DNA of 63,584 bases, filler included, from Octopus bimaculoides (Eukaryota): assembly GCF_001194135.2 (NCBI RefSeq). It is 5 parts of 5 records of this genome, joined end to end, with 100 filler letters (N's around TTAATTAATTAA, not from the genome) between each part and the next. Parts side by side here need not be neighbours in the genome. Positions count along the whole stretch, not along the records: positions 19,926 to 32,369 come from NC_069000.1; positions 32,470 to 49,566 come from NC_068987.1; 3 more parts are not named here. One strand, written 5' to 3'. A model generated the notes under the pieces. That model was not told the origin of the DNA. It worked only from the letters and a program-made list of their open reading frames with translations, and did no database searches. Positions 27,888 through 39,568 of the stretch are shown here, one piece after another (the first letter of the stretch is position 1; each line of letters begins with the position of its first letter). A program made the position numbers and the translations under genes.

Positions 27888-29959
27888 NNNNNNNNNNNNN
27901 NNNNNNNNNNNNNNNNNNNNNNNNNNNNNNNNNNNNNNNNNNNNNNNNNNNNNNNNNNNNNNNNNNNNNNNNNNNNNNNNNNNNNNNNNNNNNNNNNNNN
28001 NNNNNNNNNNNNNNNNNNNNNNNNNNNNNNNNNNNNNNNNNNNNNNNNNNNNNNNNNNNNNNNNNNNNNNNNNNNNNNNNNNNNNNNNNNNNNNNNNNNN
28101 NNNNNNNNNNNNNNNNNNNNNNNNNNNNNNNNNNNNNNNNNNNNNNNNNNNNNNNNNNNNNNNNNNNNNNNNNNNNNNNNNNNNNNNNNNNNNNNNNNNN
28201 NNNNNNNNNNNNNNNNNNNNNNNNNNNNNNNNNNNNNNNNNNNNNNNNNNNNNNNNNNNNNNNNNNNNNNNNNNNNNNNNNNNNNNNNNNNNNNNNNNNN
28301 NNNNNNNNNNNNNNNNNNNNNNNNNNNNNNNNNNNNNNNNNNNNNNNNNNNNNNNNNNNNNNNNNNNNNNNNNNNNNNNNNNNNNNNNNNNNNNNNNNNN
28401 NNNNNNNNNNNNNNNNNNNNNNNNNNNNNNNNNNNNNNNNNNNNNNNNNNNNNNNNNNNNNNNNNNNNNNNNNNNNNNNNNNNNNNNNNNNNNNNNNNNN
28501 NNNNNNNNNNNNNNNNNNNNNNNNNNNNNNNNNNNNNNNNNNNNNNNNNNNNNNNNNNNNNNNNNNNNNNNNNNNNNNNNNNNNNNNNNNNNNNNNNNNN
28601 NNNNNNNNNNNNNNNNNNNNNNNNNNNNNNNNNNNNNNNNNNNNNNNNNNNNNNNNNNNNNNNNNNNNNNNNNNNNNNNNNNNNNNNNNNNNNNNNNNNN
28701 NNNNNNNNNNNNNNNNNNNNNNNNNNNNNNNNNNNNNNNNNNNNNNNNNNNNNNNNNNNNNNNNNNNNNNNNNNNNNNNNNNNNNNNNNNNNNNNNNNNN
28801 NNNNNNNNNNNNNNNNNNNNNNNNNNNNNNNNNNNNNNNNNNNNNNNNNNNNNNNNNNNNNNNNNNNNNNTAGGTGTGTTTATGTCCCCGTAACCTAGCC
28901 GCTCGGCGAAAGAGAGTAATCGAATGAGTACCAGCCTTACAAAACATAAGTCCAGGGGTCGATTTGTTCGACTAAAAACCTTTCAAGGTGATGCTCCAGC
29001 ATTGCCGCATTCAAAAGATTGAAACAAGTAAATGAATAAAAGAATACACATATTGTCCCTACTGGTTGTTGCAACAAACCAATGTTATGCTCCTCAGTTG
29101 CTCAATTCTATCATGACCATCTAGATACAATGCTGCGCTTGTATATGGGAATGAAAAGTGAAACCAAAAATTTAACATATTTAAACTACTTTATACAAGT
29201 AACGTATTTGAATTTGATCTTATTTCAGATCAACCGTTTATAAGTTTATATTTTGGTCACGAAGTCGTAAACTTCATAATTTTTTTACTGTGATGTTTTT
29301 GTTGCCGCGAATCAGCCACCAGTGTGGCAGACCACCGTTGTGAGTATGAGAGACGGCCGAGAGACGGATGGAATTTGAACGTTCTTTTCATATTTCTAGG
29401 AGAATATACATTTAGATTATCAAAAAGAAAATGTTTCTTAAATATAACATAGTCATAAGTAATGCTTACATTACTTGTCAGTTGTATGATGGAAAAGCGG
29501 ATATAATGTGATGATTTAACCTCTCTCACGTAATAGTCAACGTAACGTGTGCAATTTCATGCAAGTTTCTGCTAACAGACTATCATATTTTGGCTGATTT
29601 CAATATTTTACTATACATTACAATTATTGTGCATAACAGAAGTATGCTTATCCGACACCCTCAGCTAAGCACTCGTTCTCTCGTCACAACACGACCACAT
29701 CAGATACAGAGCAATTTCTTGTAACACATTAAAAAATAAAAATGAACGTTTTATACACTGGCAAACACGGTACCTACTCAGATAGGAATATTTATATGAA
29801 ACTTCTTTAAAACAGAGCGACTTGTTTAACGCATGCGCCGGAAAGTCTAATGTTTCCAAAAGGGATCGTATGAAGAATTATCAAATGCGAAATGAATGTC
29901 CGCCACAAACTAAAGCAGCGGTAATATGATAAAGTAGATAACGTAGAGAAAGTATTCTA

Positions 29960-30580
29960 ATACATTCCAAGACATCTGAACTAGTGACCTGGAGTATTTC
30001 TGTAAGTACGTTTCATGGTCCTTCAGATAAGACGAAAACTTTAAAGAGGTTGAAAAACACAGTTCCTTCCTCGTAATGTCTCAAAAACTTATAAGATAGC
30101 TCTTACGACTTCATTAACAAGGAAGCAAAGCATTTAGTTTCGGTTTGATAGATGATAGAATTGGTTGTCTAGCCGCTTTACCCACACCTGGATAACTTCA
30201 AAAACCATATATCTATTTTCTTGGCCTATTCTAAATGCAGACATATTAATCCTAGTTAACACGCATTAATTAGATACGATTAGCAAGCTCATACTTGATG
30301 AAATTTATAATAGAATTATGTAGTCAAATAATATTTCTCTCAAAAGAAACAGTTCTTGACAAATAGATTGGTTTAACAGTTTATACGGCTAATACAACTG
30401 TAAATTCACACAATCTGACATTGTCGAATTTTACCTATGTTACTGAGGCATTGTAATGAAAACTTTACAGTTCGGTAGCAGTTATGTCAACACCAATGAT
30501 TATGATCACAGATGCTATTATGCATACTAGGAAATCTTTCCTGTTTTACAATGACACTTTCTGGGTAAAGTGCATTAGCT
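29960..30580 (+). mobile_element. Penelope-like element RT fragment (decayed)
   Basis: Frameshifted peptides SDKTK.., INKEAKHL..DDRIGCLA, HLDNFKN..KCRHINPS, LILDEI, IDWFNSL..CKFTQSDIVEFY, IMHTRKSFLFYNDTFWVK match PLE RT motifs (DIVEFYPS, RKSLLF). Confidence 0.75.
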
Positions 30581-31790
30581 CTGAGCATTCCTATTCCTCC
30601 ACAGGCTGCTTTAATTAAATTGAAATCTGCAATCAGATAAAATGATTTATTTTAATACTTTTTAATTTATTTTTTTTTATTTATGGTCCAATTTTCTCTC
30701 TAACCTTTACTTTGTAAAAATCAAATTACAACTTTTAAAAAGATCTGATCTAATTTTTTCTTAGAAGAAATGAAATTGAAACTTTTGAAAGTCCTGATCT
30801 TAAATTACTATAATTGCCAACTATGATATAATCGACATTTTAGATATGTAGTCTATGTACTCCTGATGAAGTAATTTCATCGATCGGACTTCAAGATTTC
30901 AGTTACGTGGACACTGCATTATACATTTTGTACTGGATTACTATGTGGACTTATAGCCGAGTCCGTAAGAAGAGCTTTTTGTGATAGCCATACGATTCTC
31001 TGAATCCACATCTTATAGTAGTCATTTATATAAAAATATATATGTGTGTGTATGTGCGTGCGCACTCGTATGTATGTTAATATATAAAAATGTATGTACA
31101 TACATAAATACATAAATATATGTGTATACATACACACGTACATACATACATACATACATACATACATACATACATACATACATACATACATAAAGAGATG
31201 AATAAGAGAAAATGGATTGACTGACATCTTTATCCCATATCACTACAATTCTTTCTACATGGCTGAGGTGTAGAAACAATTGAAGTGATACGGAATAAAG
31301 TTTGTCGTTCAACCTATATTCTATTATAGTGATATAAACACTACAGAAGCTATTGAATTCCAAATGTATATCGAATGACAGGAGTATTCCCACTGAATGA
31401 TTACATTCGATAACCAGTACTTTGGGATTAGCTTCGTATAGCATATAACGAGATTTTTAACCAAATTCTATTCAACTATATTTACGTACGTTTATATATG
31501 TCGATACATGTCTGTATGTATACATGCGTATATGAATATTAATGTATGTATGATATATATATATTTGCATAAATATATATTTGTTTCTATAGATGTATAT
31601 ATGTACATATAATATATCTGCACGTACGTGTGTGTCTCTATGTGTTGCAATCGCTTGTAAAATACATGTTAAATGTCGATGACTGGAGGGATAATTCGGG
31701 AAATTGATGCGAACACTGATCTGAATATGACATCAGGTGAGTAGTTCGTATAAATCTCCCGAGGAGTATTTGACTAAACAGATAATTCAT

Positions 31791-31848
<58 letters not shown>

Positions 31849-32030
31849 CAGACCAACATGCATAGAAACAAATGGACAGATGGAGACGTGTATAGATATG
31901 CACGCGTGTTTTTGAATACATATACACATATGGTACTCCAGCATGGCTATACTCAAATGACTGAAACAAATAAAGGGACACATGTAGGTATACATGTATA
32001 GGTATATATATATAATAAAAGAATACATAA

Positions 32031-32078
<48 letters not shown>

Positions 32079-32082
<4 letters not shown>

Positions 32083-32224
32083 TTGTGTGGTGAGTAGCTT
32101 GCCTACCAACCACATGGTTCCAGGCTCAGTCCCATTGCGTGGCACGTTGGGCAATTGTCTTCTACTATAGCCTCAGGCCGGCCAAAGCCTTGTGAGTGGA
32201 TTTGGTAGACGGAAACCGTATATG

Positions 32225-32269
<45 letters not shown>

Positions 32270-32369
32270 CTATGTTTGTCCCCCCAACATCGCTTGACAA
32301 CCGATGCTGGTGTGTTTATGTCCCCGTAACTTAGCGGTTCTGCAAAAGGGTCCCCGTACTAGGCTTACA
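32079..32369 (+). mobile_element. SINE family 3 copy (ends at gap)
   Basis: Same head, body and 3' half as 7684-8082. Confidence 0.8.
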
Positions 32370-32586
32370 NNNNNNNNNNNNNNNNNNNNNNNNNNNNNNN
32401 NNNNNNNNNNNNNTTAATTAATTAANNNNNNNNNNNNNNNNNNNNNNNNNNNNNNNNNNNNNNNNNNNNATAAGCAAAATACTACTTACGAATTGTAAGT
32501 AAATAATTAATAAACATACACATTAACCATTGCCATGTCGACTTAAATACAATTTGAGATAATTTTTTTTAAAAATTACAGATCAT

Positions 32587-32658
32587 TTCCCAAGCGGGGA
32601 ATCGAACCCCGGCCGCCGCGGTGAGAGCGCGGAATCCTAACCACTAGACCACTTGGGA
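32587..32658 (-). tRNA. tRNA-Glu-CTC: tRNA-Glu(CTC), intact (slot A, unit 1)
   Basis: TCCCAAGTGGTCTAGTGGTTAGGATTCCGCGCTCTCACCGCGGCGGCCGGGGTTCGATTCCCCGCTTGGGAA, 72 nt; acceptor TCCCAAG/CTTGGGA, anticodon stem CCGCG/CGCGG, T stem CGGGG/CCCCG; T5 run ~11 nt downstream. Confidence 0.96.
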
Positions 32659-33155
32659 GGCCGACGAGAAGCTACAGAAACACGATAGACAACAATAACT
32701 GTAACATTGATTTACCGTCGTAGTATACTTTAGAGTATATGAAGTTTTATACTGACATTGATGATTGAGTTACTGCTGAGTTAGGGAAGATATTAACCTC
32801 AAAAGGGAGATTTTGACCCGAAAGCTTGCAAGGAGGTGGACCCTGCTAAAAATATCATAGGTGGTCAGATTTGATGTTAAATCAGTTGACATTTTAAGAC
32901 TGTTATTTCCAAGAATGAGAACAGCCTTTCTAACAGGCTTCCACGTAGTTTTTCGCCTCCGTAATTTTACTCACAAAGGTTTCCGTATGCCCCGATCAGC
33001 TTCGAATAGTAAATGAGCTGTGCTTCCAGCATTAGACTGAAAGCGCGAAATCTTAATTCTGAAGACTGACTGAAAGTTTAAAATAAAAAAAAATTAACTT
33101 TAACAAAACGAAAAAAAGAAAAGAAAAGAAAAAATAAAGAAAAGTACAAATTGCT

Positions 33156-33227
33156 TTCCAAATCGGGAAATCGAACTTCGGTTGCAGCGTTGAGCTCGCG
33201 AAAACGTAACAACTACATCACTTGCAC
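33156..33227 (-). pseudogene. Heavily decayed tRNA-Glu(CTC) pseudogene (slot B, unit 1)
   Basis: Colinear with the intact gene; GTTCGATTTCCCG B-box remnant and CTC kept, stems broken. Confidence 0.75.
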
Positions 33228-33385
33228 GCTGATTCTGAAGCACCACTGGTACAAAAATTCTATCTTCCATTTATTCCGGTTACGTATATTAGAATATATT
33301 GTATTCTGTATTAAGGTGAATGTCTCTACTTCCGCTGCAGCTATTACTACTACTGTACCTAGAATAGCTGCTAATGCTGCTGCTG

Positions 33386-33423
<38 letters not shown>

Positions 33424-34166
33424 TTAACGAAAGTTTTAGCTGATGCGAGAATCATATCGTAGTAGGCCTTGCCTGCTGGTGGTGGTGGTTTTGCAGGGCT
33501 TCAGAAGAGATTACATCAATCCACCGTACTCCATCTCAATGTTGCGTTGAGAGTGGCTGTATTAGCGGTTAAGGCCGAGCTGACAGAATCGTTAGCAAGC
33601 AAGGCAAAATGCTTTGCGGCATTTGGCCTTTCTTCTTGTTCTGAGTTCATATGCTGCCGGGGTCGATATTGCCTTTCATTCTTTTGAGGTCGGTAAAATA
33701 AGTGCCAATTGAACACTAGAATCGATGAGACCGACTTACCCCCTCCCCTAAACATACTGACGTTTTGCCAAAATTTCAGATAAATATTAGAATTTTTTAT
33801 AATTATTAAGGGCAAAGACGACGAGGTGGTGGAATCGTTGACCAGTCAGGCTTGAAATGTTGAACGAAATTTCTTTCCAGTTTTCATGTATTGAGTTCAT
33901 ATCGCGCCAAGGTCAACTTTCTCTTTTCATTCCTTCTGGGTCGATAAATAAACTATCAGTCAATTACTGAGATTAATATAGTCGACTTTCTCCTCTAAAT
34001 TGCTGACCTTGAGCCAAAATTTGAAAGCATTATTGTAATCATTATTAGGCCTTCTACCTCCAGTAGAAAGGATTATTATAATTATTATTGAGGCAGTAAG
34101 CTGGTATAATCATTAGAGACGACAAATAAAATGAATTATGTTAAATAAATTAAAAGATAAAGCTAT

Positions 34167-34238
34167 TTCCCAAGCGGGGAATCGAACCCCGGCCGCCGCG
34201 GTGAGAGCGCGGAATCCTAACCACTAGACCACTTGGGA
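34167..34238 (-). tRNA. tRNA-Glu-CTC: tRNA-Glu(CTC), intact (slot C, unit 1)
   Basis: Identical to 32587-32658; TTTT ~11 nt downstream. Confidence 0.96.
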
Positions 34239-34443
34239 GACTTGCGGATAACACCTGAAACACAACTGATAACTGTAACACGTAACACTAATTCACTGTC
34301 GAAGTATACTTTACCGAAAGTATTCGTTGGTGAGAGAAATATATTGGCGTGGTCTTGTGTGCTGGTGGTGGTTCTGGGAGTAAAAAGTCAACAATACCCA
34401 ATCTCAACATGTTCTGTTGGAATGTCAATGTTAGAAATTATTC

Positions 34444-34624
34444 AGTTATATATTTAAGATATGAGAAATTATGTACGTTATTTTCATTATTTACGTTTGA
34501 CGGATATTTATCCTCATCCTATTTGTTGTTAACACAACATTTCGGCTGATATAACCTCCAGAATTTATCGGGAGTCTTGGGGTAAATTTCGAACATGGGT
34601 TCTCATTCCTAAGGTATTTTTCGA

Positions 34625-34684
<60 letters not shown>

Positions 34685-34992
34685 AGTCACTGTTTGGAAT
34701 CGAACTCGGAATCTTGGGGTTAGTAGCCCGCGCTCTTAACTACTACACTCACGGGCATATAGCGTAGTGGTTAAGAGCGCGGGCTACTAACCCCAAGATT
34801 CCGAGTTCGATTCCAAGCAGTGACCTGAATAATAATAATAATAACATCGAAAAATACTTTAGGAATGAGAACCCAGGTTCGAAATTTCCCCAAGACACCT
34901 GATGAAGGCTGGAGGGTATATCAGCCGAAACGTTGTGTTAACAACAAACAAGATGAGGACAAATATCCGTCAAATGTAAATAATGAAAGTAA
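34444..34992. mobile_element. Head-to-head inverted dimer of a tRNA-headed, (AAT)n-containing, hammerhead-bearing SINE-like element (family 4)
   Basis: Minus copy ~34483-34750 and plus copy ~34753-34988; TAGAAATTATTC duplicated at 34432-34443 and 34993-35004; the paralogous site near 36585-36605 has a single copy and no insert. Confidence 0.85.
34894..34939 (+). ncRNA. Minimal type-I hammerhead ribozyme motif, intact core
   Basis: GACAC-CTGATGA-A-GGCTG(GAGGGTATAT)CAGCC-GAAA-CG-T-T-GTGTT: stem I GACAC/GTGTT, stem II 5 bp, palindromic ACGT stem III, predicted cleavage after U34934. Confidence 0.7.
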
Positions 34993-35966
34993 TAGAAATT
35001 ATTCGTCTTTAAGTTCTGAGTTCAAGTTCGGCCGCGGTCGACTTTACTTTTCATCCTTACGGAGTGGATAAAATGAATACCAGGAGAATAGTGAGACATC
35101 GATGTAATCGGCTTGCATCTTCCCCTGAAATTGCATTCTTTGTGGCAAAATTTCGAAATCAATATTGGAAATTATCTCTCGCGAGAACCGCCTTCAGTTT
35201 AGAAAAGCGTGCGAGCAGACCCGTTGGGGCGTCACGCAAAATGCTCAGCGACATTTCGTCCGTCTTTAGGCTCCGAGTTTGAATTTCGCCGAGGTCGACT
35301 TTGCTTTTCAGTAAATACCTTTTGAACACTGGGGTAGATGTAACCCCGAACTTTTGAATTCAAATCCAGCCAAGATTAACTTTGCCTTTTTCATTTTTTT
35401 CGGGGGTCAATAAAATAAAGCGTTGTCAATTACAGATGTGCCAAAATTTGAAACTATTATTATTACTCTTGAGCCGGTGAGCTGGTAGGATCGTTAGGGG
35501 CGACAGATAAAATAATTAGTTGTATTTCTTCTTTTAGTTAATTGAAATTATTTAACACATTTTAATTGGCTATCTTGATACTTCAACGATTGTATGTCGG
35601 TGTGGATAAAATAAATTAGCAGATATATTAATGGCTTCAAATTTTGGCTCAAAGACAACAATTGATGCGAGTGCTCAACTTGAAATTATTTTATCCATTC
35701 CGAAAAACGAAAGGCAAAGTCGACCTCAGCCGCATTTGAATCCATAATATAAAAAGCTAGAAGAAATATCGCTAAGCAATTCTGGCTGTCCGGTGCCGCA
35801 CCACATCTTAAAGTAATACGTTGAAAAATATTGATGTAAAGCAATAAACAAGATACTAATTTTCAAGTTACGAATTGTAAGTAAATAATTAATAAACATA
35901 CATATTATCCATTGGCATGTCAACTTAAATACAATTTCAGATAAGTTTAAAATGAAAATTTATCGC

Positions 35967-36027
35967 TTCCCAAGCGGGGAATCGAACCCCGGCCGCCGCG
36001 GAATCCTAACCACTAGACCACTTAGGA
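35967..36027 (-). pseudogene. tRNA-Glu pseudogene lacking the anticodon loop (11-nt deletion; slot A, unit 2)
   Basis: Plus strand GGCCGCCGCGG|AATCC versus GGCCGCCGCGGTGAGAGCGCGGAATCC in intact copies; one further acceptor-stem change. Confidence 0.92.
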
Positions 36028-36302
36028 GGCCGACGTCAATATACAGAAACACGACTGACATCAATAACTGTAACATTGATTCACCGTGATAGTACCCTTA
36101 TGACTATATGATGTTTTGTATTGGGATTAATGGTTGAGTTACTGCTGAGTTGGGGAGGATATTAACCTCAAAAGGGAGATTTTGACCCGAAAGCTTGCAA
36201 GGAAGTGGACACTGCTAAAAATATCACAATTCGTCAGATTTGATGTTAAATCAGTCAACGGATAAAATATATTATGCCAAATGAATTAAAAGACAAAGAA
36301 TT

Positions 36303-36374
36303 TTCCCAAGCGGGGAATCGAACCCCGGCCGCCGCGGTGAGAACGCGGAATCCTTACCACTAGACCACTTCGGA
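36303..36374 (-). tRNA. tRNA-Glu-CTC: tRNA-Glu(CTC) variant with three substitutions, one breaking an acceptor-stem pair (slot C, unit 2); possibly a young pseudogene
   Basis: 5' TCCGAAG (C4G mismatch), D-loop GGTAAG, anticodon loop TTCTCAC; otherwise identical to the intact copies. Confidence 0.7.
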
Positions 36375-37894
36375 GACTTGCAGACGGTACCTGAAACACA
36401 ACTGATAACATTAACTGTAACATTGGTTCACTGTTGAAGTATACTTTACCGAAAGTATTCGTTGGTGAGAGAGATACATTGACACGGTCTGGTCTGCTGG
36501 GGGTGGTACCGGTGCTTCAGCAATTCTGGGATTAAATAAGTCGAGAGTACCCAACCTCATCATGTTCTGTTGGAATGTCAATATTAGAAATTATTCGTCT
36601 TTAAGTTCTGAGTTCAGATTCGGCTGAAGTCGACTTTTCCTTTCATCCTTCCGGGATCGATAAAACGAGTATCAGTTGAATACTGAGGTCGATGTAACCA
36701 ACTTGAATCCTCCCAAATTAACACTTGCGAGAACGACATTCGGTTTACAGCGGCAATCTGGCACAATCGTTAAAGCGTCACGCAAAATGCTTAGCGGCAT
36801 TTCGTCAATCCTTACGTTCTGAGTTCAAATTCCGCCGAAGTGGACTTTGCCTTTCAGTAAGTACCGGTTGAACATTGGAGTTGATGTAATCCCGAACTTA
36901 CTACTGGTCTTGTGCAAAAATTTGAAACTAATATTAGAAATTATTATAATTAGTGGTTTCACATTTTGAAACAAGGACAGCAATATTGGGGAAGGGGTTA
37001 TGTCGATGACATCGACTCCAGTGTAATCTGGTACTTATTTTATCGACTCCGAAAAGGATAAAAAGCAAAGTCGACCTCAACGAATTTGACCTCAGAATGT
37101 AGTGGCAGGCGAAACAGCGGTAATCATTTCGCGGACGTGCTAACAATTCTGCCAGCTCTCCGTCTTACAAGATTATTATAATTAGTAAAGACAAAGACGG
37201 TGAGCTGGTAGAATCGTTGGCCCGTCAAGCATAAAGTACTTAATATTATTTTATTCCTCACTTTGTTTCGAGTTCAAATCCAGCCAAAATCAACATTGCC
37301 TTTTTCTTTCTTTCGGGGTCGATAAAATAAAGCACTGTCGATTACAGAGGTTGATGTAATCGACTTACGCCCTTTGGCAAAGATAATCCACTTACCTTAT
37401 GCCAAAATTTGAAACTATTGTTATTATTATTAAGCCGGTTAGCTGGTAGGATCGTTAGGGGCGACGGATAAAATAATTAGTAGGTATTTCTTCTTTTAGT
37501 TAATTGAAAGTATTTAACACACGTTTCAACTGTCTATCTTGATACGTTTAACGATTGTATATCGGTGTGGGTAAAATAAATTGCCATATATTATAATAAT
37601 GGCTTCAAATATTTGCTCATGGACAGCAGTTGACCCATGTGCTCAAATTGTAATTATTTTAATCAATCCGAAAGAATTAAAAGCAAAGTCGTCCTCAGCC
37701 GCGTTTGAACTCAGATTATAAAAAGCCGGAAGAAATATCGCTAAGCATTTCTGGCAGTCCGGTGTCAGAAATTTCTTATTACTTTTCATCGTATTTCTTT
37801 AAGAAGATACTAAATTGCAAGTTATCAATTGTAAGTAAATAAGTGACAAACATACATATTATCCATTGCCATTAAAAAAAAAAGTTAAATCGTT

Positions 37895-37964
37895 TTCCTG
37901 CGGGGAATCGAACCACGACCGCCGCGGAAAAAGCGCGGAACTCTAACCACTAGACAAGTTGGGA
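37895..37964 (-). pseudogene. Decayed tRNA-Glu pseudogene with anticodon loop CTTTTTC (slot A, unit 3)
   Basis: Anticodon stem CCGCG/CGCGG intact, loop mutated to a T5 run, acceptor 3' arm shortened, T stem altered. Confidence 0.85.
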
Positions 37965-38450
37965 GGTCGTCGTAAAAGTACAGAAATACGGCAGACAACA
38001 GTAACTGTAACATTGATTCATCGTATACGTTAGGCTATATAATCTTTTATATTGAAATTGACGACTGAGCTACTGCAGAGTAGGATGTTAACCGCAAACC
38101 AGAGATTTGGTTCCGGGACCTTGCAGGAAAATGGTCCCTGTTAAAAATATCATCGATGGTCAGATCTGATGTTGAATCAGTCGATATATTAAAAGTGTTA
38201 TTTCCAAGGATGACAACAGTCTTTCTAATACGCTTCCACATAGTTTTCACCTCCTAATTTTACTCAGAAAGGTTTTCGTTGATGTTAGGCTATAGTAGGA
38301 GATAGTTTCCAAAGGCACGGCGGATTGCTCTGATCAGCTTCGGATAATAAATAAACTATGTCCAGCATTATACTGAAGCTTTTAATATGCTGTGTTTGGG
38401 ATACAAAGTTAAAAAAAAAAACTAACAAAAAAAGAAAAGTACCAATTGTC

Positions 38451-38522
38451 TTCCAAAGCGGGGAATCGAACCCCGGTTTGAACAGTGAGAGTGCGAAGTC
38501 TTAGCTAGTAGACCACTTGCAT
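38451..38522 (-). pseudogene. Decayed tRNA-Glu(CTC) pseudogene (slot B, unit 3)
   Basis: T arm CCGGGGTTCGATTCCCCG intact, CTC kept, D arm and anticodon stem broken; flanks homologous to the 33156 copy. Confidence 0.85.
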
Positions 38523-38683
38523 GCCAATTCTGAAAAAAACGATTGTAACTTCATTTTATTCCGGTATGTTAGAATATTGTGTATTCTGTATTGAAGTGGA
38601 TAACTCTGTTCCTTTCACTGCAGCTACTACTTCTACTGTAGGTACATTTGCTGCTGCTTTTGCAACTGCTGTTGCTGCTGCAT

Positions 38684-38726
<43 letters not shown>

Positions 38727-39496
38727 TACTACTACTTCTACTACTACTACTTTAACGAAAGTATTAGTTGGTGCCAGGATCATATTGTAGGGAGTCTTTT
38801 GTACCGGTGGTGTTGCAGGTGCTTTGATAGTTCTGGGATTAAATCAGTCTACAAAACCCCAACACACATTTTCTGTTGGAATGTCAGTACTAAAAATTAT
38901 TCAGGCGGCGAGCTGGCAGAATCGTTAGCATGTCGGGCAAAATACTGATAACATCTCGTGTGTATTTATGTTCTGAGTTCATATGCCGTCGGGATCGATT
39001 TTTGCCTTTCATTTTTTCATGATCGATAAAATAAGTACCAGTTGAACACTGAAATCGATGTGACCGACTTAACCCTTCCCCTTAACTTGCTGGCATTTTG
39101 CCAAAATTTGAGATCAATATTAGAAATTATTATAATCATTAAGGGCAAAGACGACAAGGTTGTGGAATCATTGGCCAATCAGGCTTGAAATGTTTAACGA
39201 AATTTCTTTCTGCTCTTCATATTTTGAGTTCATATCCCTACAAAGGTCAACTTCGTCTTTTCATTCCTTCAGGGTCGATAAAACAAAATATCAGTCAATT
39301 AGAGATTGATGTAATCAACTTCCTCCATAAAATTGCTGACGTTGTATTATAAGACATGAAAGTATACTTGTTATTATTATTAGACCTTCTGTTGAAAGCA
39401 TTATTATTATTATTATTATTGCGGTAGTGATTTGGTAGCATCGTTAGAGACGACGGATAAAATGTAATATGTCAATAAATTAAACGACAAAACACT

Positions 39497-39568
39497 TTCC
39501 CAAGCGGGGAATCGAACCCCGGCCGCCGCGGTGAGAGCGCGGAATCCTAACCACTAGACCACTTGGGA
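39497..39568 (-). tRNA. tRNA-Glu-CTC: tRNA-Glu(CTC), intact (slot C, unit 3)
   Basis: Identical to 32587-32658; TTTT ~4 nt downstream. Confidence 0.96.

Noticed and set aside
29825-30010. NRF1/ETS-like GCATGCGCCGGAAAGT plus a GTAAGT donor suggesting a promoter and first exon
   Set aside because: Short motifs expected by chance; the putative donor falls inside the Penelope-like RT fragment.
30845-30990. Possible exon ICSLCTPDEVISSIGLQDFSYVDTALYILYWITMWTYSRVRKKSFL* after TTTTAG
   Set aside because: No recognisable family and no partner exons; the adjacent 29960-30580 region is a Penelope-like relic.
34530-34590. Hammerhead in the minus copy of the family-4 dimer
   Set aside because: Core degenerate (CCGATAA instead of CTGATGA) and stem II broken; not called a ribozyme.
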